This document shows positions 63,150-64,000 of a DNA stretch of 64,000 nucleotides, one piece after another. Where the stretch lies: the NCBI GenBank assembly GCA_035084275.1, contig CM068750.1, positions 8,184,001 to 8,248,000 of the forward strand. Reading direction: 5' to 3'. The position numbers and the translations under genes are program-made. This DNA is from Hydrolagus colliei. Its lineage: Eukaryota. The notes under the pieces are model-generated. The model worked only from the letters and a program-made list of their open reading frames with translations, was not told the origin of the DNA and did not search any database. Numbering within the stretch: position 1 is the stretch's first letter; the number at the start of each line of letters is the position of its first letter.

Positions 63150-63980
63150 GGTTCAATGCTAAATGTTCACACCACATGGTGTCATTGAATATTTTCAGAC
63201 ATGCCCAAGTCAATCCTGCCTGAAGGGATTGGGTATTGCAATGAGTTAGAATATGGTCCTTGCATTTCTGGGTTGGAATTAAGTCAATATTCATTGGATG
63301 AAAGCATCTTGGCTGTAAGAACCAAGGAAAGATGAGGTGAGGCTGTTTCCACCGAAACCTGAGTATCCATAAATCCATAGCTTCACTATGGAACATTTGG
63401 TACTAATCTGAATGTCACATTGAGATAACTAAAGAAAAACCTCTACATCTGTAGTGGGAAAAGCCGTCAGAGATTTCCTCTCCTTAAGCTATACTGGATA
63501 CATGATTTGGAAATCCTTAATGTTATCACTGTTTGCCAGTGGTTTATAATTCATTCTAAAACTACAATAATTACATTTATAAAACCATGCTGGTGACTAA
63601 GATTTCAAACCACAAATTGCTTGCGTGCTTAGAAAAAAACATGACAGATTTAAACTTCAGAGAGTGATACAGACAGAAAATTATTCTCCAGGGCCTGGAG
63701 GGATTTTCATTTCAATGGCATTTTTGGTCAGCCAGATGTCTGACCTTCAATCTGCTCAGCATCTTCCAAGAGCTCTTCCAACCTCCATGTAAATGGATGT
63801 TTTCATTGCCTGTTGGATCAGACACCAACTCAACATAATAATTCCCTCACGGATGTAGAACAGCAGACTTATCTGACAACCAACTTAGCGAGTAATCAAA
63901 CTACCGATCCAACTTCACATCCCACATAACTTTGTTAGCGTCACAGTGCTTGATCATACATTGTCTTTGAGGAACACCTA
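63150..63980 (-). mobile_element. Ancient L1/Tx1 APE endonuclease relic
   Basis: Ordered degenerate motifs VFLK(~VFLQET), G..ISLL, VELVSDPTG (~D.xGR), AMDLW.....KQP...FPW...NIDLI (~LxDxWR..P...YTW...SRID), KDH. Confidence 0.35.
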
Positions 63981-64000
63981 GTTTTGCTCCAAGGAGGCTT

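Noticed and set aside
1-64000. Remaining 60-110-aa ORFs in the track; prokaryotic-type operons or defence systems; endogenous virus genes
   Set aside because: The ORFs are the size expected by chance or are translations of SINE/LINE sequence. The DNA is vertebrate and repeat-rich, with no intact genes or viral hallmark motifs.

Overview
AT-rich, CpG-depleted vertebrate genomic DNA with no protein-coding gene, RNA gene or CRISPR array that I can support. The repeat content points to a cartilaginous fish, probably a chimaera (inference): an abundant tRNA-head/Deu-domain SINE with an (ATT)n tail, L2 LINEs with (TTG)n tails, shark-type CR1 3' ends with (CTATGATT)n tails, and a Penelope-type inverted terminus. 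Only two long ORFs are recognisable (5729-6490 minus, 20248-20913 plus), and both are 5'-truncated L2 ORF2 C-termini. Reading across stops and frameshifts shows that much of the apparently unique DNA is ancient retroelement debris: Ty3/Gypsy gag-protease-RT/RNaseH-integrase relics, L1/Tx1 ORF2 relics, CR1 relics and a Penelope RT relic, mostly on the minus strand. The most interesting observations are: (1) a ~190-bp Penelope-type insertion with a 19-bp TSD whose 51-bp inverted arms enclose a decayed minimal hammerhead ribozyme; (2) about ten ~60-bp L2 tail-only inserts cut at the base of the 3' stem-loop; (3) an L2-type 3' end carrying the SINE's Deu segment; (4) a run of abutting perfect hairpins at 58.9 kb; (5) a 55-bp templated copy and a ~320-bp old duplication; (6) several CTCF-like motifs. 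I found no convincing new multi-gene system. All family assignments are by eye, without database searches, and relic boundaries are approximate.
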